Positions 59,495 to 64,000 of a stretch of DNA of 64,000 bases are shown here, one piece after another; the stretch's first letter is position 1; every line of letters starts with the position of its first letter. The DNA comes from Macrostomum lignano. Its lineage: Eukaryota. Location of the stretch: the NCBI GenBank assembly GCA_002269645.1, contig NIVC01000303.1, forward strand, positions 186,001 to 250,000, read 5' to 3'. The position numbers and the translations under genes are program-made. The notes beneath the pieces are model-generated. The model ran no database searches. It was not told the origin of the DNA and saw only the letters and a program-made list of their open reading frames with translations.

Positions 59495-61525
59495 TCTCCA
59501 TTGAGAATCGTCCCTATTCTCTATTCAGAATCTCTCCATTCTCCATCCAGAATCTCCCCATTCTCTATTCAGAATCTCTCCATTCTCCAACCAGAATCTC
59601 CCTATTCTCCATCCAGAATCTCCCAATTCTCCATCCAGAATCTCCCTATTCTCTATTCAGAATCTCTCCATTCTCTATCCAGAATCTCCCCATTCTCCAT
59701 CCAGAATCTCCCCATTCTCCATCCAGAATCTTCCCATTCTCCATCCAGAAACTCCCATTCTCCATCCAGAAACTCCCCATTCTCCATCCAGAATCTCCCC
59801 ATTCTCCATCCAAAATCTTCCCATTCTCCATCCAGAAACTCCCATTCTCCATCCAGAATCTCCCCATTCTCCATCCAGAATCTCCCCATTCTCCATCCAG
59901 AATCTCCCCATTCTCCATCCAAAATCTTCCCATTCTCCATCCAGAATCTCCCAATTCTCCATCCAGAATCTCCCCATTCTCCATCCAGAATCTCCTCATT
60001 CTCCATCCAAAATCTTCCCATTCTCCATCCAGAATCTCCCCATTCTCCATCCAGAATCTCCCCATTCTCCATCCAGAAACTCCCCATTCTCCATCCAGAA
60101 TCTCCCCATTCTCCATCCAGAATCTCCCCATTCTCCATCCAAAATCTTCCCATTCTCCATCCAGAAACTCCCATTTTCCATCCAGAATCTCCCCATTCTC
60201 CATCCAGAATCTCCCCATTCTCCATCCAGAATCTCCCCATTCTCCATCCAAAATCTTCCCATTCTCCATCCAGAAACTCCCATTCTCCATCCAGAATCTC
60301 CCCATTCTCCATCCAGAATCTCCCCATTCTCCATCCAGAATCTCCCCATTCTCCATCCAAAATCTTCCCATTCTCCATCCAGAATCTCCCAATTCTCCAT
60401 CCAGAATCTCCCCATTCTCCATCCAGAATCTCCTCATTCTCCATCCAAAATCTTCCCATTCTCCATCCAGAATCTCCCCATTCTCCATCCAGAATCTCCC
60501 CATTCTCCATCCAAAATCTTCCCATTCTCCATCCAGAAACTCCCATTTTCCATCCAGAATCTCCCCATTCTCCATCCAGAATCTCCCCATTCTCCATCCA
60601 GAATCTCCCCATTCTCCATCCAAAATCTTCCCATTCTCCATCCAGAAACTCCCATTTTCCATCCAGAATCTCCCCATTCTCCATCCAGAATCTCCCCATT
60701 CTCCATCCAGAATCTCCCCATTCTCCATCCAAAATCTTCCCATTCTCCATCCAGAAACTCCCATTCTCCATCCGGAATCTCCCCATTCTCCATCCAGAAT
60801 CTCCCCATTCTCCATCCAGAATCTCCCCATTCTCCATCCAGAATCTCCCCATTCTCCATCCAGAATCTCCCCATTCTCCATCCAGAATCTCCCCATTCTC
60901 CATCCAGAATCTCCCCATTCTCCATCCAGAATCTCCCCATTCTCCATCCAGAATCTCCCTATTCTCCATCCAGAATCTCCCCATTCTCCATCCAGAATCT
61001 CCCCATTCTCCATCCAGAATCTCCCCATTCTCCATCCAGAATCTCCCCATTCTCCATCCAGAATCTCCCCATTCTCCATCCAGAATCTCCCCATTCTCCA
61101 TCCAGAATCTCCCCATTCTCCATCCAGAATCTCCCCATTCTCCATCCAGAATCTCCCCATTCTCCATCCAAAATCTTCCCATTCTCCATCCAGAATCTCC
61201 CCATTCTCCATCCAGAATCTCCCCATTCTCCATCCAGAATCTCCCCATTCTCCATCCAGAATCTCCCCATTCTCCATCCAGAATCTCCCCATTCTCCATC
61301 CAGAATCTCCCCATTCTCCATCCAGAATCTCCCCATTCTCCATCCAGAATCTCCCCATTCTCCATCCAGAATCTCCCCATTCTCCATCCAAAATCTTCCC
61401 ATTCTCCATCCAGAATCTCCCCATTCTCCATCCAGAATCTCCCCATTCTCCATCCAGAATCTCCCCATTCTCCATCCAGAATCTCCCCATTCTCCATCCA
61501 GAATCTCCCCATTCTCCATCCAAAA
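59495..61525. repeat. Minisatellite, 22 bp CCATTCTCCATCCAGAATCTCC
   Basis: About 90 units; 22-aa period in translations. Confidence 0.98.
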
Positions 61526-62164
61526 TATTCCACTAGCTTTAGAATAACTACTACTACCACTAGCTTAAAGAAAAGAGATTGTGAAACATGAAGCCATTCA
61601 GTTTTCGTTTCTTTATGTAAAACGTTTTGGAATTCTTTTTCTGAAATTCTTTACTTAGCTTTACTTAAATGGAAATAGTGATTTCAAAATGTATATATAC
61701 GAGTACAATGTTCCTGAATCAGCAATAAGAAGTTTAAAAAGTTGATATAGTTAATAAATATCAGTGTTTATTTAACAGTAACATGCAGTATAAAAACATG
61801 TTTTAGCGGAGCATGCAACAAATTTAATTTAATAACATGTCACTTCTACATATCAATATGTTGTCGGATAGTGTTTGCTTTAAAAATCCAGCAAGGAAGA
61901 CTTACCGCGACTACAGTAATGTTACAGTGTATTACCAGTGTAACACGCAATGTTCGAATGTTATTGTGAGAAAGAAAAGAGCTAAAGTGTGCTCTTCTCG
62001 TCATGGTTCTACGTGCTCGAATAATTTTTACACGACGTACGTATAATTACATGATATATAGTAAGAAAAGCACGTGATTCCGTTGTCCATGACTCAGCTT
62101 AGTTTTGTCTATGATTCAACCCCCATACACTTTTCTAGCTGACACAGGCCTAATAAAGCTGAAC

Positions 62165-62680
62165 TACTGACCTAATATAGCTGACTCACACCCTGACCCA
62201 ATTTCTAGCTGACCCACACCCTGATCCACTTTCTAGCTGACCCACACCCTGACCCACTTTCTAGCTGACCCACACAGTGACCTAAGATCTAGCTGACCCA
62301 CACACTGACCTAAATTTCTAGCTGACCCACACACTGACCTAAATTTCTAGCTGACCCACACACTGACCTAAATTTCTAGCTGACCCACACAGTGACCTAA
62401 GATCTAGCTGACCCACACACTGACCTAAATTTCTAGCTGACCCACACACTGACCTAAATTTCTAGCTGACCCACACACTGACCTAAATTTCTAGCTGACC
62501 CACACACTGACCTAAATTTCTAGCTGACCCACACACTGACCTAAATTTCTAGCTGACCCACACACTGACCTAAATTTCTAGCTGACCCACACACTGACCT
62601 AAATTTCTAGCTGACCCACACACTGACCCAAATTCTAGCTGACCCACAAACTGATCAAATTTGTAGCTGACCCGCTGACC
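62165..62680. repeat. Minisatellite, 29 bp CTAGCTGACCCACACACTGACCTAAATTT
   Basis: About 17 units. Confidence 0.96.
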
Positions 62681-62750
62681 CAATAACAGCTGAGCTTCAG
62701 TCATGTGACACAGGTACATGTAACTGTATGCACATCATCAGCAAGAAAAT

Positions 62751-63197
62751 CTACCTAATTTTATACACAACAAGTTGCTTCTTGAACAGATCAGCCACAA
62801 CTAGCAGTTCTTTTCTGTTGCTAGCCAGCCTAGCGCCGCCTGGAACAGCCGGCACAATGGCCAAGCCGCAGGGGAAACCGGCCACTGGTCGATCCTCAGT
62901 GCCTCCCCTCGGCGCCGGTTCCGACTCAATTGAGCACAGCGAAGCGCCGTCGGTTCCGGCTGACACAACCCGAATGGCGTCCCGACCGCTCTCGCTGATG
63001 TACAACCGATTGCGACTGTCAACTGCTGCATCGAGAGGCCGGTGGAAATTGTCCAAGCCAGTGCGCTTGGTTGGGTGAGCGACCAGCACAGTGTGGGGGC
63101 TGTCAGCCAGCAGGCGGTACACTTTGCCGTGCCGCATGTCTGCGGCGAGCAGGCAGTCCTGGTGGAAAGCGACACTACGAAGCTCGGCATCCGGTAT
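62751..63197 (-). CDS. Divergent NHL-repeat paralogue (copy 4), last exon
   Basis: CAG acceptor at 63198-63200, phase 0; IPDAELRSVAFHQDCLLAAD, FHRPLDAAVDSRNRLYISE, LLVVAD align with copies 1-3. Confidence 0.8.
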   Translation of the reverse strand: MPDAELRSVAFHQDCLLAADMRHGKVYRLLADSPHTVLVAHPTKRTGLDNFHRPLDAAVDSRNRLYISESGRDAIRVVSAGTDGASLCSIESEPAPRGGTEDRPVAGFPCGLAIVPAVPGGARLASNRKELLVVADLFKKQLVVYKIR

Positions 63198-63289
63198 CTG
63201 CCGGTTAGAAATAATTATATGGAATAGATGGATCTCATCCTTGTGGCGAAATGCTCAGCAACTTTCAGTGAGATTATATTCTCCATCCA

Positions 63290-63745
63290 TCAGAATCTCA
63301 CCGTGAGCAGATTCATAATCTCACAGAAAAATCATCCTCATCAGAATCTTGACCCAATCAGAATCCCAACCTAATCAGAATCTCACCCTAATCAGAATCT
63401 CATCTTAATCAGAAACTCATCTTAATCAGAATCTCACCCCGATAAAAGAATCTCACCCTAATCATAATCTCACCCCGATAAGAATCTCACCCTAATCAGA
63501 ATCTCACCCCGATAAGAATCTCACCCTAATCATAATCTCACCCCGATAAGAATCTCACCCTAATCAGAATCTCACCCCGATAAGAATCTCACCCTAATCA
63601 TAATCTCACCCCGATAAGAATCTCACCCTAATCATAAACTCACCTTAACCAGAATCTCAGCCTCATCAGAATCTCACCGTGATCAGAATCCCACCCTGAT
63701 CAGAATCTCAGCCTCATCAGACTTTCAACCTCATCAGAATCTCAA
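63290..63745. repeat. Intronic ~19-20 bp repeat AATCAGAATCTCACCC(T/C)
   Basis: Fills intron 63198-63781. Confidence 0.9.
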
Positions 63746-63781
63746 CTGAGAGAGACAGAAATCCCACCCTTGGGAACTCAC

Positions 63782-64000
63782 CTCATCCAAGGTAATCATA
63801 GTCTGCAGTTGCCCAGTTGCTTTGGCCATCACGGCAATCTTATTACCGCTAGACAGGTACAAACTGCCGTGAGAGTTGCCGCCAATACCTCGAATAGAAA
63901 AGCCATCGTCGGGAGCCGGTATCACTCGAATCAGTCGGCCGCTCAAGTCCGTGACTGTCACGCTGGACTTTTGGCCAACAAACAGCAGCTGCCGGTCGCA
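63782..64000 (-). CDS. NHL paralogue copy 4, penultimate exon (runs off the window)
   Basis: CDRQLLFVGQKSSVTVTDLSGR...GIGGN...SGNKIAV...TMITLDE|GTGAG; homologous to CDRQLLFIAQSDAVTVTDLSGR in copies 1-3. Confidence 0.85.

Noticed and set aside
59450-61591. ORFs of 625-713 aa (PHSPSRIS / GEWGDSGW repeats)
   Set aside because: A 22-bp array open on both strands; repeat artefact. The same applies to ORFs at 2360-3294, 8467-10051, 19484-20434, 26153-26668 and 39112-39993.

Overview
Eukaryotic (metazoan, spliceosomal-intron) genomic DNA. The GC-rich, poly-Q exons separated by introns filled with 12-46 bp minisatellites resemble a free-living flatworm such as Macrostomum; the taxon is inferred, not proven. 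Genes reconstructed by hand from splice sites and phase: (1) a daughterless/TCF4-type E-protein bHLH gene (+, 4508-13043) with two tandem, mutually exclusive HLH exons and tandem splice donors that change the C-terminus; (2) three intronless B-box-like/coiled-coil/NHL-repeat paralogues (-; one has an in-frame TGA), plus a divergent intron-containing relative running off the right edge; (3) ribonucleotide reductase small subunit (-); (4) an HR39/NR5B-type nuclear receptor (-, 4 exons); (5) SDHC (+). Mobile DNA: two decayed non-LTR (R1/LOA-like) fragments, two decayed Gypsy elements, a solo LTR with a 4-bp TSD, a hAT-type non-autonomous element with an 8-bp TSD, and a very young 5.0-kb non-autonomous LTR element (51461-56475). 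That element's LTRs carry a ladder of degenerate tRNA-Leu primer-binding-site modules, and its interior keeps a short gag and an intact 275-aa ORF of unknown function but no recognisable PR/RT/RH or integrase core. Most long ORFs in the supplied track are artefacts of tandem repeats. All homology calls come from recalled motifs; no searches were run. Repeat boundaries are approximate.
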